Assembly (NCBI GenBank): GCA_963817525.1
Contig: CAWFOU010000007.1
Location: forward strand, 192,001-256,000
Reading direction: 5' to 3'
Length of the DNA: 64,000 nt
From: an uncultured archaeon
GTDB taxonomy: Archaea; Thermoproteota; Nitrososphaeria; Nitrososphaerales; Gagatemarchaeaceae
A program made the position numbers and the translations under genes. Below, one piece after another: positions 27,849 through 37,656 of this stretch; position 1 is the first letter of the stretch; each line of letters begins with the position of its first letter. Under the pieces are notes generated by a model, which did not search any database, was not told the DNA's origin, and saw only the letters and a list, made by a program, of their open reading frames with translations.

Positions 27849-28650
27849 ATGCCTAAGCCAAAGCCAGGGCGGCCTCAGACCACGTCGGAGACCATCGAAG
27901 TGAAGCAGTTCGACAGGATGCCCTACCTCGCCATGCTCACCTACCCGAAGCCCGACCTGAGGCTGGCGAAGTCGAGGATGAAGCAGCTCGCCGAGCTGGG
28001 CATCGACCGGGTAACCTTCGAGGGGCGCACCAAGATCGGAAGGCTGGGGCTGGTCGGCATCGGGACGGTCGGGCTCGTCGTGAAGGGGACGGGGAAGGGG
28101 CCCGAGGTCTTCGCGCTGAAGATCAGGAGGGCGGACGCGAACCGCGAGAGCATGGCGGAGGAGTTCAGGCTCACCCGATTAGCCAACAGGGTGAGGGTCG
28201 GGGCGCCGGTCTATCGCGTGCACCAGAGACATCATGTCGATGCGCTACGTCAAGGGAATCGAGCTGGAGGACTACGTGAAGGCCGCGACAGGAAAGGGGA
28301 GCGCCAGGAGGGTCAGGGGCATGGCCCACGCCATCCTCAACCAGTGCAGGAAGCTCGACCTGATAGGCCTAGACCACGGGCAGTTGAGCAACCTCAGGAA
28401 GCACGTGATAATCGACGGGGAGACCCCCTACGTCATCGACTTCGAGTCGGCCAGCCAGAACAGGGCGGTGAAGAACGTCACCGCCGCGGCGCAGTTCCTC
28501 TTCATAGGGAGCAGCGTCGCGCCTCGGGTCAAGAGGATACTCAGCATCAAGAGCTCCGACGAGACCCTCGAGGCGCTCAAGCGATACAAGGGCGAGATGT
28601 CGGACGAGAACTATGTTCGCCTTCTCGGGACCTTCGGCGTGATGACCTGA
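27849..28650 (+). CDS. RIO/Bud32-like Ser/Thr protein kinase, apparent frameshift near 28215
   Basis: GIGTVGLV, ALKIRR.D in the first frame; LDLIGLDHGQLS, IDFESAS, KNVT in the second frame (28234-28650). Confidence 0.8.
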
Positions 28651-28673
28651 GCTCGAGAAGCCACAGGCGACTG

Positions 28674-29303
28674 CTATTCAGCCGGGCGCCTTCCAAGGCG
28701 AGGGACCACCAAGAGGACCACTATGACCACGTACCACATGTCGAACCTCAGGTATTCCCCAAGAGGCACCGGCGTCCAGAAGATGGGGAGCGCCGAAGCC
28801 ACGAACACCACGCCCCCTATCGACAGGGCTGCCACGGACCACCTGAACCGTCTGAGCCTTGCTGGAGGCAAGTCAGCGAGGCCGCCTCTCCTCTCCTCGC
28901 TCAACAATATGCGGTCAAGCCCGGCGAGGATGAAGAGCATGGCCCCCACGTCCAGAGCGTAGGAGGCGGCGGCGAACGCCAGGAACGGGGGCTGGGCCTC
29001 CTCTTGGACGTAGAACAGGTAGGGCTCGACCGCGACGCAGAAGAGGAGCATGACGTTCAGGACATAGGTGCCGCGTACCTCGAGCGGGAGCGCCGTCATC
29101 ACCGCCGTGTAGCTGCTCCATATCCACACGACCAACAGAAAACTGAAGCCGAAAATCGCGACGCCCGTCACGAGGTCGGTCGGAGTCTGCGGCAGCTTGG
29201 AAATCAAGACGATCGACCCTATCGACAGCGCGAGGCCGAAGACCAGGTCGGAGAGGTTCTCGATCCTGTTCCTGATCTTCGGAGCGTTGGGTGGTTCGGA
29301 CAT
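28674..29303 (-). CDS. TMEM175/DUF1211 family membrane protein (K+ channel-like)
   Basis: NRIENLSDLVFGLALSI resembles the RxxxFSDxVFxI motif; SFLLVVWIW; about 6 TM. Confidence 0.75.
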   Translation of the reverse strand: MSEPPNAPKIRNRIENLSDLVFGLALSIGSIVLISKLPQTPTDLVTGVAIFGFSFLLVVWIWSSYTAVMTALPLEVRGTYVLNVMLLFCVAVEPYLFYVQEEAQPPFLAFAAASYALDVGAMLFILAGLDRILLSEERRGGLADLPPARLRRFRWSVAALSIGGVVFVASALPIFWTPVPLGEYLRFDMWYVVIVVLLVVPRLGRRPAE

Positions 29304-29419
29304 TTCCAGACTCGGGCAGCCGTGGCAATCCTCTCGGCCGCATATTTATGGGGGACATCGAATCCGATCCTGCAGAAGAGTAACGAGCCCGACGGGCCCG
29401 CCCGTATCATTTATCTAAC

Positions 29420-29977
29420 GTGCAGACTAACTCGGTCTCGGATTTGGCCCGCGTCAAGGACGTGATGACCCCGGACGCCGACATCCCGAAGGTGACAACC
29501 GAGACGACCGTGCTAGAGGCCGCGCGCGTGATGAACGAGGAAGGGACGTCGGGAGTGGCGGTCGTGAATGGAGAGCGCAAGGTCGTCGGGGTCTTCGGTG
29601 AAAGGACCATCCTGACAGAGTTTGTGAAGCTGAACACAAGGCCGGATGGTGTCAAGGTGGGCAAGATCATGCACATCCTTCCCAGGATAGACCCTAAAGC
29701 GACCACGAAAGAGGCCGCAAAGATGCTCGTCGATAGCGGGGCAACGCGACTGGCGGTCTACAACGCTGACAGGTTTCTTGGATGGGTGACTTTGACCGAC
29801 CTCTCCAGGGAGTTCAGCAAAGAGGGCCTTCTGGACCGGCTGCGGGGTCGGGACATCCCTGAAGCGGAGGAGGAGGTCCGGTGCCCGAACTGCAACAAGG
29901 CGTTCATGGAGAAGGTGACGGACAAGGAGGGCATAATCGTCCGATGGCAGTGCCCGAACTGCGGATACGCCTTGTAG
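29420..29977 (+). CDS. CBS-pair protein with C-terminal Zn ribbon
   Basis: VKDVMTP...EAARVM...VVGVF; C-terminal CPNC...WQCPNCGY. Confidence 0.8.
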   Translation: MQTNSVSDLARVKDVMTPDADIPKVTTETTVLEAARVMNEEGTSGVAVVNGERKVVGVFGERTILTEFVKLNTRPDGVKVGKIMHILPRIDPKATTKEAAKMLVDSGATRLAVYNADRFLGWVTLTDLSREFSKEGLLDRLRGRDIPEAEEEVRCPNCNKAFMEKVTDKEGIIVRWQCPNCGYAL

Positions 29978-30075
29978 CCGCCACGACCTGGATTATGCTC
30001 TCGCCACGAGCCTACCGCACGTTCGGCGTGACAACCTAAGCTTTAAACCGGCAATAATTTCCACGCGACCCACGG

Positions 30076-30150
30076 GGGGTCGTAGTCTAGATTGGTCAAG
30101 ATTCTTGCTTGGGGTGCAAGAGATCGTGAGTTCAAATCTCACCGACCCCA
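30076..30150 (+). tRNA. tRNA-Pro(GGG), no intron, CCA not encoded
   Basis: Acceptor GGGGTCG/CGACCCC-A; anticodon arm CTTGC-TTGGGGT-GCAAG; T arm GTGAG-TTCAAAT-CTCAC; TTTAAA box ~30 bp upstream. Confidence 0.95.
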
Positions 30151-30218
30151 TTACACTTGCTCGCCCTGAGGTTGGAACCTGCCTTTTGCGCGCCGAGCGG
30201 CGCCATCCTTTGGTAGGT

Positions 30219-30566
30219 CTAGACCTCGAACGTGATTTGCACGGTTAGTCCCAGGGGGACGCTTACGCCAACCGTGTAGCTTGCGGCCTTCAGGAAGGTC
30301 GCAAGGGCCTCCAAGGCAGACTTAATCTTCTGAATCCAGCCTTGCAGACTTGCTATCGCCCCTGGGGGGGCCGGTGGCGCCGGAGTCAGGGGCCGCGCCG
30401 ACCCGGCTTGGCTCGCTTCAAACGACATGGCGCTGTTAATCCTTGAGGTGACAGTGACGAGGTTGGCCAGGACCGCGTAGGCTTGTTGGTCGCTCTTGAT
30501 CCTTCGGGAGGACTTCAGGATGCCGCTCAGGTCGCTTTCGATTGCCGCGACTTCGCTCGAGCTCAT
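30219..30566 (-). CDS. hypothetical protein
   Basis: ORF with a TATATA box ~30 bp upstream; helical N-part, Pro linker, C-terminal beta-hairpin YTVGVSVPLGLTVQITFEV. Confidence 0.55.
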   Translation of the reverse strand: MSSSEVAAIESDLSGILKSSRRIKSDQQAYAVLANLVTVTSRINSAMSFEASQAGSARPLTPAPPAPPGAIASLQGWIQKIKSALEALATFLKAASYTVGVSVPLGLTVQITFEV

Positions 30567-30779
30567 CTCGAGACCTTTGGAAATGCGATGGTCGCTATAT
30601 ACTCGTCGACCGGCCTGGTTTCGAGTTCTGAGCGATGAGGCGGCTGTCGCCATTGTCCTTTTGTGAGACATTATTCTGCATGCGGAGACCGCGAGTCCAT
30701 GTCGCGCGACGTTTCGCAATAGATGAGAGGCGAGCGAGACAGGGTGTTTTTTATATCGGAGTGTACCCCATGACTACGC

Positions 30780-31268
30780 ATGTCCAAGGCCGGCGGTAGC
30801 AAAAAACCCTCGATTTTGAAGCCTGGCTCGAAGGCTCCGGACTTTACTCTCAAGACCACCCCAGACCAGAGCGTGTCTCTCCGAGACTTCCGCGGCGGAC
30901 CCGTGGTGCTCGCCTTCTACCCAGCCGATTGGAGCCCGGTCTGCAGCGACCAGATGGGGCTCTACGCCCAGGTCATGCCCGAGTTCAAGAAGTTCGACGC
31001 GGAGATCCTGGGAGTATCCGTCGACGGCATATGGACCCATCTCGCGTTCGCGAAGGACCGGAAGCTGAACTTCCCTCTTCTAGCGGACTTCGAGCCGAAG
31101 GGCGCCGTCTCCAAGGCCTACGGGGCGTACGAAGGCCGTACCGGCGAGTCGGCGAGAGCGCTCTTTGTGATAGACAGCAAGGGGATAATCAGATGGAGCT
31201 TTCTCTCACCGGACGGGGTCAACCCCGGCGCAGACGGCATACTCTCCGCACTGGAGAAGCTAAAGTAG
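30780..31268 (+). CDS. peroxiredoxin (AhpC/TSA, AhpE-like 1-Cys)
   Basis: APDFTL, FYPADWSPVCSDQ, GVSVD, FPLLADF, RALFVID. Confidence 0.88.
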   Translation: MSKAGGSKKPSILKPGSKAPDFTLKTTPDQSVSLRDFRGGPVVLAFYPADWSPVCSDQMGLYAQVMPEFKKFDAEILGVSVDGIWTHLAFAKDRKLNFPLLADFEPKGAVSKAYGAYEGRTGESARALFVIDSKGIIRWSFLSPDGVNPGADGILSALEKLK

Positions 31269-31290
31269 CCCGCCACTGGAGTGAGATGGC

Positions 31291-31845
31291 ATGGCCCAAA
31301 ACTACAAGGCGCCCAGACTGACGATGCCAGTGGGAGAGCGGGACCACTCAGATGGGCCCTCGAACGCCCCGATGGTGCTCGTGGAGTACGGAGACTACCA
31401 GTGCCCGTACTGCGGCGCGGCCTACCCGATCGTGAAGAAGGTCCAGAAGGAGCTCGGGGCGAAGCTACGATTCGTGTTCAGGAACTTCCCGATCACAAAC
31501 GCGCACCCCTACGCCCAGTGGGCGGCGGAGACCGCAGAGGCCGCGGCCGCCCAAGGGAAGTTCTGGGAGATGCACGACTACCTCTACGAGAACCAGGGGT
31601 CGCTGGGCGACGAGGCGTTCTTCGCGAACTATGAGAAGAGGCTCAAGCTGGATTCGGCGAAGCTCAATCGCGAGCTCGCCCAGCACGTCTACGCAGCCCG
31701 GATCCAGGAAGACTTCATGAGCGGAGTCAGGAGCGGCGTCAACGGGACGCCCACCTTCTTCATCAACGGCGCGAGGTACGACGGCTACCCGGGGTTCGGT
31801 GACATGGTCGCGGCCCTAAAAGGGGCCTCCAAATCATCCGACTGA
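31291..31845 (+). CDS. DsbA/thioredoxin_4 family oxidoreductase
   Basis: EYGDYQCPYC, FRNFP, GKFWEMHD, GVNGTPTFFING. Confidence 0.9.
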   Translation: MAQNYKAPRLTMPVGERDHSDGPSNAPMVLVEYGDYQCPYCGAAYPIVKKVQKELGAKLRFVFRNFPITNAHPYAQWAAETAEAAAAQGKFWEMHDYLYENQGSLGDEAFFANYEKRLKLDSAKLNRELAQHVYAARIQEDFMSGVRSGVNGTPTFFINGARYDGYPGFGDMVAALKGASKSSD

Positions 31846-31955
31846 GGCCGTCGCACGTACGATGGGTTCACTCGAAAGGGACAACCCCTCTTGCCCCGAG
31901 CGCCCACCTTCCAGCCTGACCGGGGCGGCCAGGTCATCGGCGCTGTGCAGGTCGC

Positions 31956-32693
31956 TCAAAGCTCGACCCGGACGCCCGGCTGCACGACGCGGACCGTGGT
32001 GCCGGGGGAGAGACGCTCCACGGCCTGCGCGAACAGGTCGGGGTCACGGTCCTTCCTGGTGATGAGCCTGTCGCCAAGCCAGCCGCTGGAGAAGGCGTAA
32101 TGGTCAGGGACGACCAGGTCTGGCCGCAGGACGGCGGTGAGCTCGGCAGCCTCTGTGGCGTTCATGACCACCTGGGTGTCGTTCAAACGACGGACCTGCA
32201 GCCCATTGGTGGGCAGCAAGGCCAAGTTGATGTGGCCGAAGCGCCCGGGCAGCTCATTCAGCTCCGGGATGAGCATGGTGTCACCGGCGAAGTAGACCGC
32301 CTTCGAGCCGTGCTGGAGCACGAAGCCGATCTCGTACACCCCATGCTTGGCCGGGGTTGCCGTGACCGTGACCCCTCCGACATCCTTGCTCTGCCAAGCC
32401 TTGAGCGGGACGAAGTTCTCGAAGCCGTGCTCGGCGGCCTGCTTTGCGACGGTGTCGGTGCCAAGGACCGGTACGCGCTTGTCCCTGTAGCTGGAGAAGG
32501 CGTCGAGGTCGCAGTGGTCGTAGTGCTCGTGCGAGATGAGGACGCCGTCGAGGCCAGGCAGCTCGGCGACGGAGAGGGCGATCGGCTCCCCCGGGTAGTA
32601 GGTGGGCCGCGTGCTGAACCAGGGGTCGGTCAGGATGGTCCTGCCGCCAATCTCGATGAGGTGGCAGCAGTGGGTTATGCGGGTGACGGCCAT
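31956..32693 (-). CDS. metallo-beta-lactamase fold hydrolase (UlaG-like)
   Basis: LTDPWF, SHEHYDHCD, ATPAKH, YFAGDT, PDHY. Confidence 0.88.
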   Translation of the reverse strand: MAVTRITHCCHLIEIGGRTILTDPWFSTRPTYYPGEPIALSVAELPGLDGVLISHEHYDHCDLDAFSSYRDKRVPVLGTDTVAKQAAEHGFENFVPLKAWQSKDVGGVTVTATPAKHGVYEIGFVLQHGSKAVYFAGDTMLIPELNELPGRFGHINLALLPTNGLQVRRLNDTQVVMNATEAAELTAVLRPDLVVPDHYAFSSGWLGDRLITRKDRDPDLFAQAVERLSPGTTVRVVQPGVRVEL

Positions 32694-32717
32694 CTCCAGA
32701 GGCGTGGTCCGGCCTCC

Positions 32718-33494
32718 TCAGCGCTTCTGCTGCCCGTATTCCCAGATGGTATTCAGGAGCAGCTCTGGCGTCTCGATCTGCGGCATGTGGCCGGTCCCGG
32801 TTAGCAGCTCGAACTTGGCGCCGGGGATAGCAGCCGCGTAGGCGCGGCCGTATTCGGGGTCGACTATGCGGTCGCTGTCGCCGGAGATGACGAGCACCGG
32901 GACGGCGACTCGGGCGAGCCTCCCCGCGAGGGTCGGGTCGGCCATCTGGGGGGCGTAGACGCCGAGGGTGGCGCGGTTGGCCGCCATGATGGCGCGCTGT
33001 TCGTCGGTGAAGGTCGCCGGGTCGATCCGGAAGGGCTTCGGGTCGTGGTAGGAGAGGCTCATTATCTGGTCTAGGGTGAGCTTCGACGTGTCGGGGATGG
33101 GGTGGCCTGGCACCTCGATTCCCGCCGCGCCCACCAGGACGACGCCGCTGACCCGAGGGCTCCCGAGGACGGCCAGCTCGGCGGCTATCCAGCCTCCGAC
33201 GGAGTTTCCGATGACCGTCACGTCGCTTACGCCGAGCTCGTCGAGCAGGGCGGCATATACCTGCGCCAGCTCCTTGACGCTATTCAACGCCTGCGGCCGC
33301 TGCGTGCGGCCAAAGCCCGGATGCGTGGGGGTGATGACGCGGACTCCCCGCGCTGCGAGCATTCCCGCGAAGCGTGCCACGGATACCGGACCCGCGCCCC
33401 CGTGAAGCAGCAGGAAGGGCTGGCCTTCGCCGCGCTCCTCCACCAGCAGGTCGACCTTCCCAGCCCCCGCGTAGGGTACCTGGTAGGTTGTCAT
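32718..33494 (-). CDS. alpha/beta hydrolase
   Basis: LLHGGAG, HPGFG, GNSVGG nucleophile elbow, GDSD, GHMPQ. Confidence 0.88.
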   Translation of the reverse strand: MTTYQVPYAGAGKVDLLVEERGEGQPFLLLHGGAGPVSVARFAGMLAARGVRVITPTHPGFGRTQRPQALNSVKELAQVYAALLDELGVSDVTVIGNSVGGWIAAELAVLGSPRVSGVVLVGAAGIEVPGHPIPDTSKLTLDQIMSLSYHDPKPFRIDPATFTDEQRAIMAANRATLGVYAPQMADPTLAGRLARVAVPVLVISGDSDRIVDPEYGRAYAAAIPGAKFELLTGTGHMPQIETPELLLNTIWEYGQQKR

Positions 33495-33651
33495 CTTCGC
33501 GCCGCCGGGAGCCTTCTTCTGCCCGTTGTCAGTTCCGACTCGGTTGGACATCTGCTTGATCGCCTGCCTTCGGAGGGGATGCGACCGGATATAGTGTGTC
33601 CGGACGCTAGACTCCAAAAAACGACCCGGGCCAGCTGCGGCAGTCTGGCTT

Positions 33652-34548
33652 TCAGTCCGCCCGACTCGCTTTCTTCAGGCGGAGGGCTTCCTCGTCTATC
33701 CAGGAGATGAGCCTCGAGGTCGAAAGGATCGCCCTCGCATGGAACTTTACGCGGACGCCGCTCACGCCCGGCTCGGCCCTCAGCCTCCGCTCGGTCTCGA
33801 ACACCTCGGCGATGGAGTCGGCCCAGCAGGAGAGCACTATGGCGGTGTTCTCCCATTGGTTGACGAACACCGACTTGGGGAGCGTCTCTCTCACGCGATG
33901 GAGGACGGAGTCGTCGTCCGAATGGACGTGGACCTCGAACATGAGGATGCGGCTGGACTGAGCCGACTGGAGGATCGGCTGCACCTGGAATAGGCCCTCG
34001 TCCAGCAGCCGTCTCCTGGCCCTCTTCACGACCTTCTGGGAGAAGCCCGTGACCTCGGAGATCTCGCTTACGGGGGCGCGCAGGTTCACGACCAGCGCCC
34101 GCAGCACCTCCAGCTCGGGCAGGGTAAGCGGCTTTGACAGCTCCTTCCGCGGATGGGGGAAAAGGGGAGTGACCTCCAGCTCGACGGGGCCGAGAATAGC
34201 GGTCAGCGCCTTGCGCGCGCGGGCCGAAGGGCCGCCCTCGTAGAGGAGCACCGCGACGCTGCGGCTCACGTCCATCGTGCCGAAGACCGCCGGGTCGAGC
34301 TGGAGCGCGGCGGAGAGGCTCTCCAAGGTCCCGGGGTGCCTGAAGAACAAGAGGCGAGGGGCCCTCCGAAAGACCTGGGCAGCGGGGAGGGCCTGCAGGG
34401 AGGTCAGGATTTTCGCCTTCTCCATGGCCTCGATCCTCATCTTCACGGCCTTTCCGGAGAGCCCTATCCCGCGGCCCAGGGTCTCGTAGGAAGAGAACGG
34501 ATGCTTCCGGAGCTGGGACAGTATCAGGAAATCTCGCTCGTCGACCAA
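33652..34548 (-). CDS. Lrp/AsnC-like regulator with two wHTH domains
   Basis: DERDFLILSQL...SYETLGRGIGLSGKAVKMRI and a second ELEVLRAL...EISEVTGFSQKVV. Confidence 0.75.
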   Translation of the reverse strand: MVDERDFLILSQLRKHPFSSYETLGRGIGLSGKAVKMRIEAMEKAKILTSLQALPAAQVFRRAPRLLFFRHPGTLESLSAALQLDPAVFGTMDVSRSVAVLLYEGGPSARARKALTAILGPVELEVTPLFPHPRKELSKPLTLPELEVLRALVVNLRAPVSEISEVTGFSQKVVKRARRRLLDEGLFQVQPILQSAQSSRILMFEVHVHSDDDSVLHRVRETLPKSVFVNQWENTAIVLSCWADSIAEVFETERRLRAEPGVSGVRVKFHARAILSTSRLISWIDEEALRLKKASRAD

Positions 34549-34630
34549 CGGGCTCGCTCACCTAGTGGAAAACGACGCACTTCAAAGTTCCTAGCGCCCA
34601 GACGTGGGACAGCTCGGGCATTACAGCCCG

Positions 34631-35440
34631 TCAGAGGAACTTCAGCAGGGCCTCGGTGGTCTCTTCGGGGCGCTCGCTCATCAGCCAGTGTCCGGTGTCC
34701 TTGAGGACGAGGATGGTTGGGTCTGTGGCCACGAGCGGCGCCTGCCCGGCCAAGGTCTTCCCGTTCGCCCTATCGCCGCCTATCACCAGCAACGGCATCC
34801 CAAGCTTGGTCTTCGAGAATTCGGCGAACTCCTTCGCGGTCTGCCCGAAGGAGATGTAGTAGTCCCAGGCAGCGTGGATGCGCCAGGGCCGAGCGTATGC
34901 CTTGGTGTAGATGGCCCTATCTCGCGGCGGGATAGACCGCTTTTTGTCGGCGGCGAAGTCGTTCCAGAAGTGCTCGAGGTAGACGCGCTCCCGGCCCTTG
35001 ACCAGCGCCTCCGGGGTCTTTCCGTTGAAGCGGAAGTGCCACGCCGGGCCGTTGTAAACGGCTTCGTACCCGGGGATGCCGGGCAGGGGCGCCTCCATGA
35101 GGGCGAGCTTCTCGGTCTCTTCGGGGAACATCGAAGCGTAGGCGTAGCCCACCATCACCCCAAAGTCGTGGCCGACGACCCTCGCCCTGTCGATGCCCAG
35201 CGACTCAGCGAGCGCGTGGATGTGGAGGGCCGCCTTGGTCATCCCGATGCCGTCCGAGGGGATGCCCGAGTCCCCAATAGAGGGGAGGTCGGGGGCGACC
35301 ACCGAAAACCTGTCAGCTAGCAGCGGGATAATCGGCCTCCACATGTGGGAGGTCTCGCCGAAGCCATGGAGAAGGATCACGGCTGGGCCCGAGCCCGATC
35401 TCAGGTAGTGCAACTTCAGCCCGTCGACCGTCGCCGTCAT
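34631..35440 (-). CDS. alpha/beta hydrolase (epoxide hydrolase/haloacetate dehalogenase-like)
   Basis: LLHGFGETSHMW, APDL, VGHDFG (Asp nucleophile), WHFRF, GHWLMSERP. Confidence 0.88.
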   Translation of the reverse strand: MTATVDGLKLHYLRSGSGPAVILLHGFGETSHMWRPIIPLLADRFSVVAPDLPSIGDSGIPSDGIGMTKAALHIHALAESLGIDRARVVGHDFGVMVGYAYASMFPEETEKLALMEAPLPGIPGYEAVYNGPAWHFRFNGKTPEALVKGRERVYLEHFWNDFAADKKRSIPPRDRAIYTKAYARPWRIHAAWDYYISFGQTAKEFAEFSKTKLGMPLLVIGGDRANGKTLAGQAPLVATDPTILVLKDTGHWLMSERPEETTEALLKFL

Positions 35441-35559
35441 TGTCTTGATGCCTCGGGTACCCGTCCGTTTTTCCCTTTAAGAACGACTCATTCCGGTCTA
35501 TCCCTCACGGATCGCTCGACATGATATTAGCGTTTGCTAGGTTCAGAGAGAGGTGGTGT

Positions 35560-36291
35560 CTACCCGCCGGCCCAGGCCGAGCCTTTTGTCAAGAGAGCGC
35601 GGGTTGCGATTGAGACTAGCGCGATGACCACGAAGGCGAGCAGAAGTGGGAGGACGACGGACACGTGGAGGATTGTCAGGACGCCGACGAGGGCTCCCGC
35701 GAACATCGCCAGGACCGAGAGCACACGACGGCCAGCGTTGGACCCGCTGCCGCCGACGAGTCTGCTATCAGCGAACAGGCCCGTGAGCGTCTGCGTCAGC
35801 ACGGTGGTGGTCAGGTCGTGGACGGCGAGCTTTCGCGCAGCGGCGTTCTGAAGCCCCATGGAGACGCCGAGCGCGGCGATCATGGGGAGGCCGTATCCCA
35901 TCGGGACGGGGCTCCCGGCGAACATCGAGAGGACCACCGCGGCGCCCATGAACGACGCCTGGATCCCCGCGGCGTTCCAGAGAAGGCGCCCCCTGTCCGA
36001 GCTCCGGCGCGACCCGACCAGGCCTCCGAGGAGGGATCCGAGGGCGAAGGCGCCCAGGGCCGTCAGCGAGGAGGCGACGGAGAACCCCTGCGCCCCGGCC
36101 AGGGCGAAGGCGATGAAGAGGACGTTGCCGGTCTGGTTGGCGACGAAGACATGGCCTAGGACCAGGTAGCTGAAGGAGTCGACCAGTCCGGTGACCAGGG
36201 TCATGGCGATGAGGAGGGGTGGCAGCGGGCCGTCCTTCCCATCGCGCGGGGGTAAGAGCGTCTCACGGACTTCCGTGAAGAAGTCGCTCAA
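35560..36291 (-). CDS. YoaK/DUF1275 family membrane protein
   Basis: TGLVDSFSY..GHVFVANQTGN, SMGLQNA, TTTVLTQTLT. Confidence 0.9.
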   Translation of the reverse strand: MSDFFTEVRETLLPPRDGKDGPLPPLLIAMTLVTGLVDSFSYLVLGHVFVANQTGNVLFIAFALAGAQGFSVASSLTALGAFALGSLLGGLVGSRRSSDRGRLLWNAAGIQASFMGAAVVLSMFAGSPVPMGYGLPMIAALGVSMGLQNAAARKLAVHDLTTTVLTQTLTGLFADSRLVGGSGSNAGRRVLSVLAMFAGALVGVLTILHVSVVLPLLLAFVVIALVSIATRALLTKGSAWAGG

Positions 36292-36337
36292 GGGCTGCCG
36301 TGATTAGAGGACGGACACTATTTGACCGTTCACAGGG

Positions 36338-36787
36338 TCAGCTCGGACGTCTCCGGACCTGAGGCGGTCGCCTCGGCCTCTCCGCGACCGAGGAGCTCGG
36401 GAGGTAGTCAGTCTTCATCGAGCGGAGCTTGGCGGCTATCTCCCGCTCCGCGAGAGAGGACTTTCCCAGCAGGAGGACGCCCTCGGGCAAAGACCCGGTG
36501 AACCTGACATTCCCCTTCGCGATCTCCCTGTGGAGGTTGGCGCCGTCCCTGACCACGGAGACCCATTCGTCATACGATGCGCTGAGCCGAAAGTTTGCTT
36601 CATCGCCCGCTGCCGCTTTCCTCGTCGTGACGACGCCGTCCTTGATGCATATCAAGAAGGACTCGCCCGTGTCGGAGGACTCTGCGATTATCCTCGTCTC
36701 GAGCCACCGGAGGAGTGGGGAGAGGGCGGGGCTGCCGTTGAGGGAGCTGGCCGCGGCCGCGAAAAACTCTGGCGACCAGAACCTCAT
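36338..36787 (-). CDS. SCP2 sterol-binding-domain-like protein
   Basis: FWSPEF, FRLSASYDEW, GNVRFTG resemble SCP2 family signatures. Confidence 0.6.
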   Translation of the reverse strand: MRFWSPEFFAAAASSLNGSPALSPLLRWLETRIIAESSDTGESFLICIKDGVVTTRKAAAGDEANFRLSASYDEWVSVVRDGANLHREIAKGNVRFTGSLPEGVLLLGKSSLAEREIAAKLRSMKTDYLPSSSVAERPRRPPQVRRRPS

Positions 36788-36857
36788 CTGCGCGGCTTCA
36801 CTGGAGCCCGCCGCCTCGCCTCGCGAACGGCGGCGGAGTTGCAATCGGAGCACTGTT

Positions 36858-37559
36858 CTACGTCACGGTGAGGGTGCCTTCCATGAAGCCGGGTTCAGTC
36901 TGCATCCATGGCTCAGCGATGCACGGGCTGTAGCAGTTCCAGGTGTACGTCCCCGTGCTGTTGAAGCGCAAGTAGGTCACCACGATCGAGCTGGAGGGGA
37001 TTGGGACGTTGATTCCAAGCGAGGAGATGGTGAAGGTGTGGGACACGAACTCGTTCTCTGGCACGGTGTGGACGTTCCCCACGTAGTTCGAAGGGGTGGG
37101 GGACGTGCCGTTGAAGATAACCATCGAGTTGCTTTGGGTGCCGGTGACCGTTGCAAGGGTCTGGGACACGTTGTTCGCTCCGTTGTCGTAGCATACTATG
37201 ACGAGCTTGATCAGCTCGTTCCCTGGGACGGTTATGTCTGCGGACGACTGGAGACCCTTTGGACCAAGGACGTAGTATTGCGGGACAGGCCCCATCACTG
37301 GGTCGAAGGTCTGGTTCATGTTGTTGGCTACCACGATCGTGAGGGTGTAAGCCCCGCCGGAGAGGGCGCCGGAAGAGGAGTTCAGGTTGTTTATCGTCTT
37401 CTCCAGGGACTGGACCTGCGCCTGGTTACTTTGAATCGTGGTCTGTTGTGAAGACACGATACCGGTGAACCCCAAGCCCATCAGGGTCACTACCAGGCCC
37501 AACGCGACCACCACTATCGAAAACTTTGTGTCCGACACGCCCGACCTTTTCCACGCCAT
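36858..37559 (-). CDS. membrane-anchored cupredoxin (sulfocyanin/CuA-like)
   Basis: N-terminal TM and coiled coil; HTFT..LGINVP, GTYTWNCYSPC, FMEGTLTV. Confidence 0.7.
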   Translation of the reverse strand: MAWKRSGVSDTKFSIVVVALGLVVTLMGLGFTGIVSSQQTTIQSNQAQVQSLEKTINNLNSSSGALSGGAYTLTIVVANNMNQTFDPVMGPVPQYYVLGPKGLQSSADITVPGNELIKLVIVCYDNGANNVSQTLATVTGTQSNSMVIFNGTSPTPSNYVGNVHTVPENEFVSHTFTISSLGINVPIPSSSIVVTYLRFNSTGTYTWNCYSPCIAEPWMQTEPGFMEGTLTVT

Positions 37560-37656
37560 GAGCCAGAGCATAGGTGGAGAGGGAGTATATCGCTGAGCCC
37601 GAAGGGGTTCGGGATTGCGCTCGGAAGGGGAGCGGGTGCGTAGCCGGCTCGGCCCT

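Noticed and set aside
21427-28650. prs-trm11-rnz / DUF54-kinase / thpR-cca-kinase cluster as a novel RNA repair system
   Set aside because: All members are known archaeal housekeeping tRNA-maturation or core genes whose clustering is commonplace in TACK archaea.
27849-29465. 538-aa ORF as a large fusion protein
   Set aside because: Only the first ~120 codons are kinase. The rest is off-frame read-through after a frameshift and runs antisense to the TMEM175 gene.
30076-30150. Integrated element with an att site at tRNA-Pro
   Set aside because: No second copy of the tRNA 3' end and no integrase or transposase were found by eye in the window.
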